A DNA stretch of 64,000 nt from Candidatus Eiseniibacteriota bacterium (GCA_025360715.1 JANYBS010000005.1:5571-69570), one strand, 5' to 3'; positions 26,827-35,088 are shown, counted from the stretch's first letter. A program made the numbers and translations. The notes: a model not told the origin generated them from the letters alone.

Positions 26827-28466
26827 CGCACCACCGCCACGCGGCGCGTCTCGTGCGTGGCACCGGCGTCGAGACGATAGAAGTAGACCCCGGCCTTCAC
26901 GTCGTGGCCGCGATCGTCCGTGCCGTCCCACGCGACGTCCTGAAGACCGGCGGTAGCCAGCGGCGCGAACGTGCGCACGCGCCGGCCGTTGGTATCGTAG
27001 AGCGCGAGTTCCGGCCTGCTGCGCAGGTTCGCGGGCAGCACGAACGAGATACGCGTCACGGGCTTGGCCGGGTTGGGCGAGTTGCCGAGCAGTTGTGCGC
27101 GCGTCGCGCTCACGCCGCTGCCGGTGGCACGGAAGGCCGCCTGTGCCACGTCGTCGGCGCCGTTGTGGTACGCCGAGCGGGCGTTCACGCCGAGCACGAG
27201 GTCGCTTCTACCCTGGAAGCCGCTCAGGTCGTCGGCGTTGAGCGCGATGGTGCGCGCGCCGGCGTCCAGCACGCCCAGGTCGCGCGTGGTGAGCGTGCGA
27301 CCACTCGCCGCATCGCGCACCGTGAGCGTGACGGCAGCTCGGTCGGTGAGAAGGAAGCTGGCGACCGGGGCGGCCGTGGCATCCACCGCGAGATTCGCGA
27401 CGCCGGCGCCAAGGTTCCAGAGCCGCATCCCGTTCGCGCCGTCCCAATCCTCCATCGTGAGAGCGCCCGCCTCCGCCGTGCGCGCCTGGGTGCCATCGCG
27501 GTGGTCATGCACACTGGCGAACGCCACGTGCACGTTGCGCGGGTGCTCCAAGCCGGAGCTCATCTGCGCCACCGGCTCAAGAGCCGCGTTGAACTTGGCG
27601 AGCACGCCTTGCTGCGGCGCCGCGGCGTAGACGTTGCCCCACGCATCGGTCGACAGCGACGTCACGGCATCGGCTCCCGAGGGCGCGGCTCCCGCCCACC
27701 GCAGGCTGCCGCCTTGCATCTGCAGTCGGACGATGCGGCGATTGTGGGCATCCGCCACATAGACGGTATTCGTGTTGGCACCGTTCGCGCGCCCTACGGT
27801 GATCGCCATCGGGCCCGCGAAGGCGCCGTCGCCATTGCCAAGGCCGCCGATCGCGCCCAACGGCCGGGCGCCGGCCGCGCCCAGTGCGAACGCGGCCACC
27901 TGGTTGCGGCCCGTGTCGGCCACGTAGAGCAGGTCGTCCTCCGGGTGGAACGGCGTGCCGTTGTCCGAGACGGCCACGTCGTACGGCGCGTGCAGGCCGC
28001 CGATCACATAGAGAGGTTTCAGGGTCAGGTGCCCGTACTCGGGCACGGCCTGGAGCACGACGATGCGGTCATTGCCGCGGTCGGCCACGTAGACACGGTC
28101 GTTCTCATCCACCGCCATGCCGCGCGGCTCGGAGAGCGCACCCGCAGTCGTGCCCGAACCATCGAAAGCCGAGAGCGTCTGGCCCGGTTCGCTGCACACC
28201 AACCGGTTCCATTGCGGATCGCTGGCGATCTGGAAGCGCCGCGTCTCCACGTAGGGAAACACGTCGTAGATATCGGTGTCGGTGATCAGGACCGTGGCGT
28301 AGGGCTGCGAGAACACATCGCGCCCGAGTTGCGCGCGGGCGACCGAGCGATCGAGCGCGTCCACGCCCAGCGCCGGCAGGAGCGGCGCGTGCGTGAACGT
28401 CGCCGCGTGGGCCGACGCTGCAGCCGCCATCGTGAGGCCCAGAGTCAGAAGCGTGCGCTTGCGCAT
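26823..28466 (-). CDS. NHL-repeat beta-propeller protein with FlgD-Ig / T9SS-like C-terminal sorting domain
   Basis: ATG at 28466 is preceded by AAAGGAG. The signal peptide is MRKRTLLTLGLTMAAAASAHA. NHL-like blades include PRGMAVDENDRVYVADRGNDRIVVL and TVYVADAHNRRIVRL. The C-terminus NSPNPAKPVTRISFVLPA...LALYDTNGRRVRTF...WDGTDDRGHDVKAGVYFYRL matches the FlgD-Ig-like / T9SS C-terminal-domain consensus. Confidence 0.65.
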   Translation of the reverse strand: MRKRTLLTLGLTMAAAASAHAATFTHAPLLPALGVDALDRSVARAQLGRDVFSQPYATVLITDTDIYDVFPYVETRRFQIASDPQWNRLVCSEPGQTLSAFDGSGTTAGALSEPRGMAVDENDRVYVADRGNDRIVVLQAVPEYGHLTLKPLYVIGGLHAPYDVAVSDNGTPFHPEDDLLYVADTGRNQVAAFALGAAGARPLGAIGGLGNGDGAFAGPMAITVGRANGANTNTVYVADAHNRRIVRLQMQGGSLRWAGAAPSGADAVTSLSTDAWGNVYAAAPQQGVLAKFNAALEPVAQMSSGLEHPRNVHVAFASVHDHRDGTQARTAEAGALTMEDWDGANGMRLWNLGAGVANLAVDATAAPVASFLLTDRAAVTLTVRDAASGRTLTTRDLGVLDAGARTIALNADDLSGFQGRSDLVLGVNARSAYHNGADDVAQAAFRATGSGVSATRAQLLGNSPNPAKPVTRISFVLPANLRSRPELALYDTNGRRVRTFAPLATAGLQDVAWDGTDDRGHDVKAGVYFYRLDAGATHETRRVAVVR

Positions 28467-28495
28467 GGGAGACTCCTTTCCGCGACCTGCGAGCT

Positions 28496-29641
28496 TCACT
28501 GGAAGCGAAGCTCGAGTCCGGTCTCGAGGATGTTCGCGGAGTAGTTGTTGCTGTTGAAATAGCGCTCGTAGTGCAGCCAGAGCGCAGGCGCGCCCAGATG
28601 CGGGTGCGCGGCGGCGAAGCCGTCCATGTCCAGGTGGAGCGAGACCCCGAAGAGATGCGAGGCCAGGTCATTCATGCGGTAGTCGGCCGTGCGATATCCG
28701 CCGATGCCGTTCACGCTGGCGTATTCGTGCGCATAGAAGTCCGCCTTGCCCTGCGTGTACCAGCGGTACTCCCAACTCGTGCTGAGCGCGTGCGTCACGT
28801 ACTGGCTCAGATCCGCGCTCAACTCGTGCGAAGTGATGCCCCAGTCATCGTTGTAGAGCCGATAGTCGGCTTTGATGCTCGAGCGGTTCGCCATGTAGTG
28901 GCTGAGCTTGACGAACGCATCGCGGCGCTCGCGGGTGGAGGGATGACGCTCGGGGACGCGCGTGCCGCCGGCGTAGACGTTGCGGTAGATGTTGTGTTGC
29001 AGGCCTTCCACGTGGAACAACTCGACGCCGCCGCGCACCAGCGTGCTCGGGCTGAGCACCTGTGTGGCGACCACGCTGCCATGGAGCGTGTTCTTGTGCT
29101 GCCGGATGGAAGCCGAGCGCTCGTCGGCGAGTGGCGTGATCGCGTCCCAGCCGTAGCTGGTCGACACGGCCACGTTGAACGTCTGGTCGCGGAGATCCCG
29201 GTCGGCGTGCGCGCCGAACTGCTGGCCCAGATAGTCGACCTCGCGCGACACGTAGTATTCGGCGCCCACGTGCGACCGCGCGATCTCGGCGGTCAGCTCG
29301 TTGCGCGTCTTCACATAGTCTTCGAAGGCGTTGCCTTCGATCGGCCGGCTCGCAGTCGTGATCGCGTCGATCGCGTCCTGGCTGCCGGCTGGCGCCGAGA
29401 TCGCGGGAATCGTGACCTGCTCGTTGTTCCAATGCAGCGACAGCGATTCCGCGCCATGGCCGAGCGGAGCCGCATAGTCGCCGCTCATGGCACGCACGCG
29501 CACGCCGCCCGAGTCCGTGAACAACCGGAACATGGAATACAGCGAAGCTTCCTCGGCCACCGTGGCCGAACGCGCACGCGTGGCGCAGAGCGCCGAAAGC
29601 GCGAGCGTGAACGCCGCCCCATGAGTCCGCTTCAGTTGCAC
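28496..29641 (-). CDS. DUF3570 family exported protein, copy 2
   Basis: GTG at 29641 overlaps the DUF4266-2 stop by 10 nt, the same geometry as copy 1. The signal peptide is (M)QLKRTHGAAFTLALSALCATRA. It shares motifs with copy 1: IDAITTAS vs IDGITGAS, and DYRLYNDDWGITSHELSADL vs YRRYWDDWDIRSHTIDVRY. Confidence 0.65.
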   Translation of the reverse strand: MQLKRTHGAAFTLALSALCATRARSATVAEEASLYSMFRLFTDSGGVRVRAMSGDYAAPLGHGAESLSLHWNNEQVTIPAISAPAGSQDAIDAITTASRPIEGNAFEDYVKTRNELTAEIARSHVGAEYYVSREVDYLGQQFGAHADRDLRDQTFNVAVSTSYGWDAITPLADERSASIRQHKNTLHGSVVATQVLSPSTLVRGGVELFHVEGLQHNIYRNVYAGGTRVPERHPSTRERRDAFVKLSHYMANRSSIKADYRLYNDDWGITSHELSADLSQYVTHALSTSWEYRWYTQGKADFYAHEYASVNGIGGYRTADYRMNDLASHLFGVSLHLDMDGFAAAHPHLGAPALWLHYERYFNSNNYSANILETGLELRFQ

Positions 29642-29880
29642 GCGCAGCCTCCGCCGGCGCCGCCGGTGCCGCCCGTGGAGCCTTCTCGGGCCTCGAATGC
29701 TTTCATCTGTCGAGCTTTGAGCTTGGCCTGTGCATCCAGCGAGACGATACGGTCGACCAGATGCTCGCGTTGATACACCGCCACCGGCGCAGCACACCCG
29801 CCTGCGCCCAACGCGGCTGCGAGCGCACTCATCGCGACCGCCACGACCGCCACCTTCTTGCCAAGCTGATTGCGGTTCAT
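29632..29880 (-). CDS. DUF4266 family small lipoprotein, copy 2
   Basis: 82 aa with lipobox LGAGGC and C-terminus ...GSTGGTGGAGGGCACN, compared with GGGCGCN in copy 1. The TlpA-2 stop overlaps its ATG as ATGA. Confidence 0.7.
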   Translation of the reverse strand: MNRNQLGKKVAVVAVAMSALAAALGAGGCAAPVAVYQREHLVDRIVSLDAQAKLKARQMKAFEAREGSTGGTGGAGGGCACN

Positions 29881-30452
29881 CGCGACCCTCCCTCGTTACT
29901 GCTCGCGGCCACCGCATGCCCGGCAAGCAGGCGCATGGCCTGATCGCGAAGTTCGGCGACCGCTGCGTCATCACTGCGGTTCGTCACGTACACCACACGG
30001 CCGTCACGATCGAGCACGACCGCCACCGGCACATTCGTGAGTGCCAGCTGCTTGGCCAGCCCTTCGGGGCCGTCCGCGAACACGCTCAGATGCAGCGCGT
30101 GGTCGCGGATGAAGCGCTGGATGTTGCCGTGGTCCGTATCCAGCGAGACGGCGAGCACGCGGCCACCCGCAGCCTGGAGCGCGTGGTCGAGCGCATCCAG
30201 CCGCGGCAGCTCGCGCCGGCACGGCGCACACCACGTCGCCCACAGGTCCACGACGACCACCTGGCCCTTGAGATCCGCCAGCGTCAGCGCGCCACCATCC
30301 AGACGCTGGAACGTGTGGGCGGCCAGCGCCGTCGCGGCGGCCTCGCGGCTCACGCCGAGTCCGGCGCCCGCCGCGGCCGCTTGCGTTGATCGCGGCGTAG
30401 CCGATGCCAGCGCAGCCGCCAGCAGAAGTGCCGACACTCGGTACGCTTGCAT
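29877..30452 (-). CDS. TlpA-like thiol:disulfide oxidoreductase (WCAPC), copy 2
   Basis: ATG at 30452 (MQAYRVSALLLAAALASATPRSTQAAAAG). Motif VVDLWATWCAPC. 191 aa, starting 8 nt after the stop of the cytochrome gene. Confidence 0.8.
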   Translation of the reverse strand: MQAYRVSALLLAAALASATPRSTQAAAAGAGLGVSREAAATALAAHTFQRLDGGALTLADLKGQVVVVDLWATWCAPCRRELPRLDALDHALQAAGGRVLAVSLDTDHGNIQRFIRDHALHLSVFADGPEGLAKQLALTNVPVAVVLDRDGRVVYVTNRSDDAAVAELRDQAMRLLAGHAVAASSNEGGSR

Positions 30453-30460
30453 GCGCGCGC

Positions 30461-32431
30461 TCACTTGTACTGGGCGCCCAGCAGCACCCAGAGGTTGAAG
30501 AGACGCTTCTCGTCGGCGGTGAGCGAATCGCTCGTGGCCGGGTGTGCGAGTTGACCCGCATGCGAGCCCAGCGCCATGACGTAGTCGACCAGTGGCGAGC
30601 GGCGCGGGAAGGCGGGATCGACTTCCTGGTGCGCGAGCTTCATCGACTCGCCCGACAGGTTGATGTACGCGCGCGGGAAGATGCCGCGCATGCGGCTGGT
30701 ATCCGCTACCGCGGTCAGGTCCAAGCCGCCGGCCGCCGGCGTGCTGCCGTTCGGCGTATGGCACGACATGCACTTGGCGGTCACGATCGGACCGATGTCG
30801 TTCTGGTAGTTGATGACGCGAAAACTCGCGCGCGGCTTGTTCAAGTCGAAGGCCGGTTGGTGCGCGGCCATCGGATCCGGATTCGTCGACACCGGCCCGC
30901 CCACGCGGCGATCCTCGTGGCAGCCGACGCAGTTCTTGAACTCCTCGCCCGGCCGCACATAGAGATGGGTGCGCTTCACCACGATGCCGCGGCCATGCTC
31001 GTCGAGCGTTGCGAAGCTGATCGGTGTATTCGCGGGGATCTTGATCCGGAACGAACCGTCGGGATAGACCGGCGCCATGCCGATCAGCGCGCGTTTCTCG
31101 AATTCGTTCGCCGAGAAGTCATTCATCTCACCGACCACCGTGGGCCGCGCGGCGATGACCGCGATGCTGTCGATCGGCTGCTGGCCGCGGATCGGGACTT
31201 CCTGGCCGTCGCTGGTGCTGCGATTGAACACGTCCTGCGCCAGGAACACGCCATAGTCGACCGAGTGGTCCACGATCGAGGCGATGACCGGCGGCTTCGC
31301 ATGCGGCGCCAGGAGCTGCGCATCGAGTTCCTGGGTGCCCGCGTCGTTGTAGAGGAACGTCAGGTCGTGGATCGCGAAGGTGGCCGGGCTGGCCACGGTG
31401 CCGGCGCCCGTCTGGTCCAGCGTGAAGGTATAGAGCGCGTAGTCCGTCTGGTCCTTGGTCGCGGCCGGCAGCGAGTACGAGACCACGTAACGATTGCCAC
31501 CGATGGAGCGCGCGTACTTGAACGCACCGTGCGGCCACGGCATGCCGTCCTCGTTCACCTGCGGGGTCAAGACGTCCCAGTGCAGGTCTTGCGGGCCCAG
31601 TTCCGGATCCGCCGGGCCCTGTTCGGGCTTGAGCACGGCGATAGGGCCCTCGTCGCCATTGACCATGGTGGAGCCGATGGCGATGAGGCGGCCTTCGGGC
31701 GTGACCGTGGGGTGGAAGAAGTTCATCCCATGCGGACCGAACTTGTGGAACGTGCCGGTGCCGTCCGGATTGGTCACGAAGAGCGGGAATCGGTTCATCG
31801 TGCCGAAATGCTCCCAGCGCGTGTACACGATGCGGCCGTCAGGCAACAGCTCGGGGTCGAAGTCGTCCGATTGATTGAAGCTGACTCGCTCGATGTTGCT
31901 GCCGTCATAGTCGCACGTATGCAGCGTGGCGCTCGGGGCGTGGTTGTATTCGTCCATCTCGCCGGCGCGCGTACTGGTGAACATCACGCGGCCATCGGGC
32001 AGGTAGAGCGGGTCGAAGTCGTCGCCGCCGCCACTTGTGACCTGGCGCATGTTCGTGCCATCGGCATCGATCTCGTAGATGTTGCGCTGCGAGCCGCCGG
32101 ACGGGCGCATCGAGAAGAGGATCTTCTTGCCATCGAACGAGACCGCCGGATCCGAGATGCTGGCTCCCGTGAAGCTCGTGATCGGCGTCACCAAGCCATC
32201 CGGGGAGATCGGCGAGAGCTTGTACAGGTTGCTGCTGGCGTTCGTACGATTGAGCGTTTCAGAGGAAGTGGCCTTCACGAATACGAGCGCTTGCGTCGTA
32301 CTCACCTGCTGGATCAGGTCGCTTGGCGCGCTCTCGCGACAACCGGTCAACGCGCCGGGCAGCAGCAGTACCGCGAGCCAGAGGGCAAGCGGCTTGAGGC
32401 GTAGGTGTTTCTCGAGGGGGTGTGCGTGCAT
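30461..32431 (-). CDS. TolB/PD40-like beta-propeller fused to diheme c-type cytochrome (hydrazine-synthase-alpha-like architecture) lipoprotein
   Basis: ATG at 32431 gives a lipoprotein signal MHAHPLEKHLRLKPLALWLAVLLLPGALTGC. PD40-like blades include FDGKKILFSMRPSGGSQRNIYEIDADG, LPDGRVMFTS and LPDGRIVYTR. The C-terminal region has two CXXCH heme-binding motifs (NCVGCHEDR and KCMSCHTPNG). 656 aa. Confidence 0.65.
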   Translation of the reverse strand: MHAHPLEKHLRLKPLALWLAVLLLPGALTGCRESAPSDLIQQVSTTQALVFVKATSSETLNRTNASSNLYKLSPISPDGLVTPITSFTGASISDPAVSFDGKKILFSMRPSGGSQRNIYEIDADGTNMRQVTSGGGDDFDPLYLPDGRVMFTSTRAGEMDEYNHAPSATLHTCDYDGSNIERVSFNQSDDFDPELLPDGRIVYTRWEHFGTMNRFPLFVTNPDGTGTFHKFGPHGMNFFHPTVTPEGRLIAIGSTMVNGDEGPIAVLKPEQGPADPELGPQDLHWDVLTPQVNEDGMPWPHGAFKYARSIGGNRYVVSYSLPAATKDQTDYALYTFTLDQTGAGTVASPATFAIHDLTFLYNDAGTQELDAQLLAPHAKPPVIASIVDHSVDYGVFLAQDVFNRSTSDGQEVPIRGQQPIDSIAVIAARPTVVGEMNDFSANEFEKRALIGMAPVYPDGSFRIKIPANTPISFATLDEHGRGIVVKRTHLYVRPGEEFKNCVGCHEDRRVGGPVSTNPDPMAAHQPAFDLNKPRASFRVINYQNDIGPIVTAKCMSCHTPNGSTPAAGGLDLTAVADTSRMRGIFPRAYINLSGESMKLAHQEVDPAFPRRSPLVDYVMALGSHAGQLAHPATSDSLTADEKRLFNLWVLLGAQYK

Positions 32432-32466
32432 GGTGGTGATCCGAACCTCCCGCGACGGTCCGCCGT

Positions 32467-33102
32467 TCATGGCTGGACCGTGCGATAGAACGAGAGCCCG
32501 ATCGTTCCCTGCGAATACGGGTAGGTCACGACACCTTCGTGGTCGCGCTGCTGGCCGAACACGATCGCGTGACGCAGGTCGGCGCGAAGCGCCAGGTCAT
32601 TGCGGATGAAGCATTCGAGCCCGCCACCGATGGAAAGGCTGTTCTTCGTCACAGCGGTCGCGTCCACGGCGCGACCTGGGAAAACGACGATCATCCCGTA
32701 ACCCGCCGTGAGGTAGGGCTGGAGCCGCCCCGACACCGGGCGACGGACGATCGCGCTCAATGTGTGCAACACGGCATGCACGGAAGGCGATGGGTTGTGT
32801 GCCAGCGAGGCTTCGTAGCCGAGCCAATCGCTGGGGTGGTACGCCGCGCGGATCACGAAGAGCGGATCGCTCCCGAACCAGCCGTAACCCGGACTGAACG
32901 CCAGCCGGTTCTGGTAGGGCCGCACGCCTGGCGCCAGCTGGTAGGGGTGCTCGGCCAGCGCCGGATTGAGCGCTTCAAGCACGCGCTTGGGAGCTGCAGG
33001 CGGCGTGAACGAGACGGCCGACGTATCGGCGTCCTGCGCCGCCGCCATGCGGGCGCCAGTGAGCGCTAACCCTAAGGTCATCGCGATGAACAGCGCGCGC
33101 AT
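32467..33102 (-). CDS. Outer-membrane beta-barrel (OmpW/OmpA-like) protein
   Basis: ATG at 33102 (MRALFIAMTLGLALTGARMAAAQD). About 210 aa of alternating beta-strand pattern, ending ...IGLSFYRTVQP. Confidence 0.45.
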   Translation of the reverse strand: MRALFIAMTLGLALTGARMAAAQDADTSAVSFTPPAAPKRVLEALNPALAEHPYQLAPGVRPYQNRLAFSPGYGWFGSDPLFVIRAAYHPSDWLGYEASLAHNPSPSVHAVLHTLSAIVRRPVSGRLQPYLTAGYGMIVVFPGRAVDATAVTKNSLSIGGGLECFIRNDLALRADLRHAIVFGQQRDHEGVVTYPYSQGTIGLSFYRTVQP

Positions 33103-33554
33103 CAGTGCAATACCCCGGCCTGGATCCATCCACGGATCGCGACATAGTCGCTGTCCGCGCGTGAGGCGAAAGTCTTGTACGGATGCGGGTGCCCACCCGC
33201 CGCAAGGTCGAGCGGCTGCTGGAGCACCGCGCTGCTGTCGGCCGCGACGGTGGAGGTCTGCAGCGAGACCTGCGCGAAGTCGTACGCGCTGTCTTTCGCG
33301 TCGGGAGGTGAGAGCTGCAGTGTGCCGCGGATGCCACCCCCGTGACAGTCACCCGTCGCGTCACAGCCCATGCGTTGCAGGCGCGGCTCGACGTCGCTCT
33401 GGAAGCGCGCGTAGTCGAGCGTCAATGTGTGCCCGCCCGCGGGCGGCGCCGGCGGCGCGGTCGGCGAGACACAGCTTTGCGCGAGGGCGGACAACGCGAG
33501 CGACGTGAGCAGGACCGCGGCGCTGCGCGTGCGATCCTGCGGTCGTTCGAACAT
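33102..33554 (-). CDS. Small exported hypothetical protein
   Basis: 150 aa with signal peptide ...AAVLLTSLALSALAQSC. Its stop overlaps the downstream start (ATGA). Contains CDATGDCHGG, which is not a CXXCH motif. Confidence 0.4.
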   Translation of the reverse strand: MFERPQDRTRSAAVLLTSLALSALAQSCVSPTAPPAPPAGGHTLTLDYARFQSDVEPRLQRMGCDATGDCHGGGIRGTLQLSPPDAKDSAYDFAQVSLQTSTVAADSSAVLQQPLDLAAGGHPHPYKTFASRADSDYVAIRGWIQAGVLH

Positions 33555-33736
33555 CGCGTGCCTCCGAGGGTTGACTCACGTGTGGGGCCCGAGTGGCCTT
33601 TCCTGCACCTGCGGATCGGCAGCGCGCTCCGGGGACTCGAGGCGTGGTTCCGCATCCCTTCCGAGGGATGGCGCGGGCCGCTTACGCAAGCCACGGACCA
33701 TGAGCAGCCAGGGGACTCCGCCCCGGGTGAGAACGC

Positions 33737-34759
33737 TCAGTCCACCCAGTCGATCTCGAACAGGTCCAGCGCCTGCGGCACGAGCGCGAAGCGGTCTCGA
33801 AGCGATGCGCTGACCCACACTTTGTCTGGTCCATCGGCGCGCGGTTCCACGCAGACGGAAGAGACTCCCTGCACGCTGCGGGCCAAGCGTTTAGCGTCGC
33901 GCGGGCCGAGCACGAAGTAGGCCGTGCTCCAGCCCTCGGCTTCGAGGGCGGAAGGGGCGACGACCGTGACTGAGGAGAACCCTTCCGCCGGCTTGCCGGT
34001 ACGCGGATCAAGCAGGTGCCCGCAGCGACGACCCTCGTGCATGACGAACTGCTCGTAACTGGCGGACGTGGAGATGCCATGGCCGGAGGGGATCTGAAGC
34101 CGTGCAAAATGCGTCATGCGGTCGTGCGGATCGCGTACGCCGATACGCCAGGCAGACGCATCGGCCGGCGTCCCGATCGCGCGCATGTTCCCGGTCAGGT
34201 CCACCAGCGCATCACGAACGCCCCGTGCGGCGAGCGTCTCAGCGGCGCGATCGACCGCGAAGCCCTTGGCGATACCGCCCAGGTCGATGCGGGTGTCCGG
34301 ATGCGTGAAAGCAATTGTGCCCGCTGCGCGATCCAGCGCGATGCGCTCGCTGCCGACGCGCGCGAATGCCGCTGCAGCTTCGGCCGCCGAGGGTACGCGC
34401 CGCGGCCCGCCCAAGAATCCCCAGGCGCGCACGAGCGGCTCGAGCGTGATGTCGAAGGCATGCTCGCTGAGCGCCCATACTCGCAGAGCTTCCGCGACCA
34501 CGGCCGCCACATCCGCGCTGATCGCTGCCGGGCGCGTGCCGGCCTCGCGATTGATCCGGGCGACTTCGCTCGTCTCGGTCCAATTGCTCATCGTACGGTC
34601 CACATCACGGAAGACACCGAATACCGCCTCGGCGTGGATGCTCGCAGCCGCGGCGTCGTCCGTGACCAGCGTCGCGCGCCCATACGTTCCCATCGTACGT
34701 GTCTCGAATGCCACGCTGGCACGCGGGCCGGGCCGCCGCGACAGCGATGTGTGCGGCAT
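33737..34759 (-). CDS. apbE: FAD:protein FMN transferase (ApbE family), copy 2
   Basis: ATG at 34759 (MPHTSLSRRPGPRASVAFETRTMGTYGRATL...). ApbE motifs R-x-x-MGT, DLGGIAKGFAVDR and DPRTGKPA are present. 340 aa, with no obvious signal peptide. It is divergent from the outer-membrane receptor gene. Confidence 0.75.
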   Translation of the reverse strand: MPHTSLSRRPGPRASVAFETRTMGTYGRATLVTDDAAAASIHAEAVFGVFRDVDRTMSNWTETSEVARINREAGTRPAAISADVAAVVAEALRVWALSEHAFDITLEPLVRAWGFLGGPRRVPSAAEAAAAFARVGSERIALDRAAGTIAFTHPDTRIDLGGIAKGFAVDRAAETLAARGVRDALVDLTGNMRAIGTPADASAWRIGVRDPHDRMTHFARLQIPSGHGISTSASYEQFVMHEGRRCGHLLDPRTGKPAEGFSSVTVVAPSALEAEGWSTAYFVLGPRDAKRLARSVQGVSSVCVEPRADGPDKVWVSASLRDRFALVPQALDLFEIDWVD

Positions 34760-35088
34760 GACGAAGCGCGTTCCGCCGGCTATGAACGCGCCGGAAGGAG
34801 CGGGGGATCCGAGACGTTCTCGAGAGGACACTTCCGGACTCCAATCGAAGGATGAGAAGGATTCCGGTGCCGTGAGGGCACGCACCAGTCGAGCCGCTCT
34901 AGCGGGTTGCGTGCCAAACGCCCATCCGGCAGAGTCCCCGGCCCCCGCAGGTGGCGCGGGGCCGGCAGGAACACATACGAACGCGGCAGATGAGCTCACC
35001 CGACGCGGCGCCGGTGAGGCAACCCCCAGACGGTATCGTTCGTCCAATCGAAGTCCGCCGTCCCCAACCTTTTGCGGAGGTCTCCCTG

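Noticed and set aside
26814-28544. 576-aa plus-strand ORF over the NHL-repeat gene, and similar antisense ORFs 30404..32404, 34996..36498, 43267..44541, 45285..46871, 57149..59131 and 59988..61610
   Set aside because: Each overlaps a gene with clear family-level homology on the other strand. None has a plausible start context or domain. High GC suppresses stop codons in all frames.
33102-33554. Possible heme-binding site CDATGDCHGGG in the small exported protein
   Set aside because: The spacing is C-x5-C-H, not CXXCH or CXXXCH. I do not call it a cytochrome.
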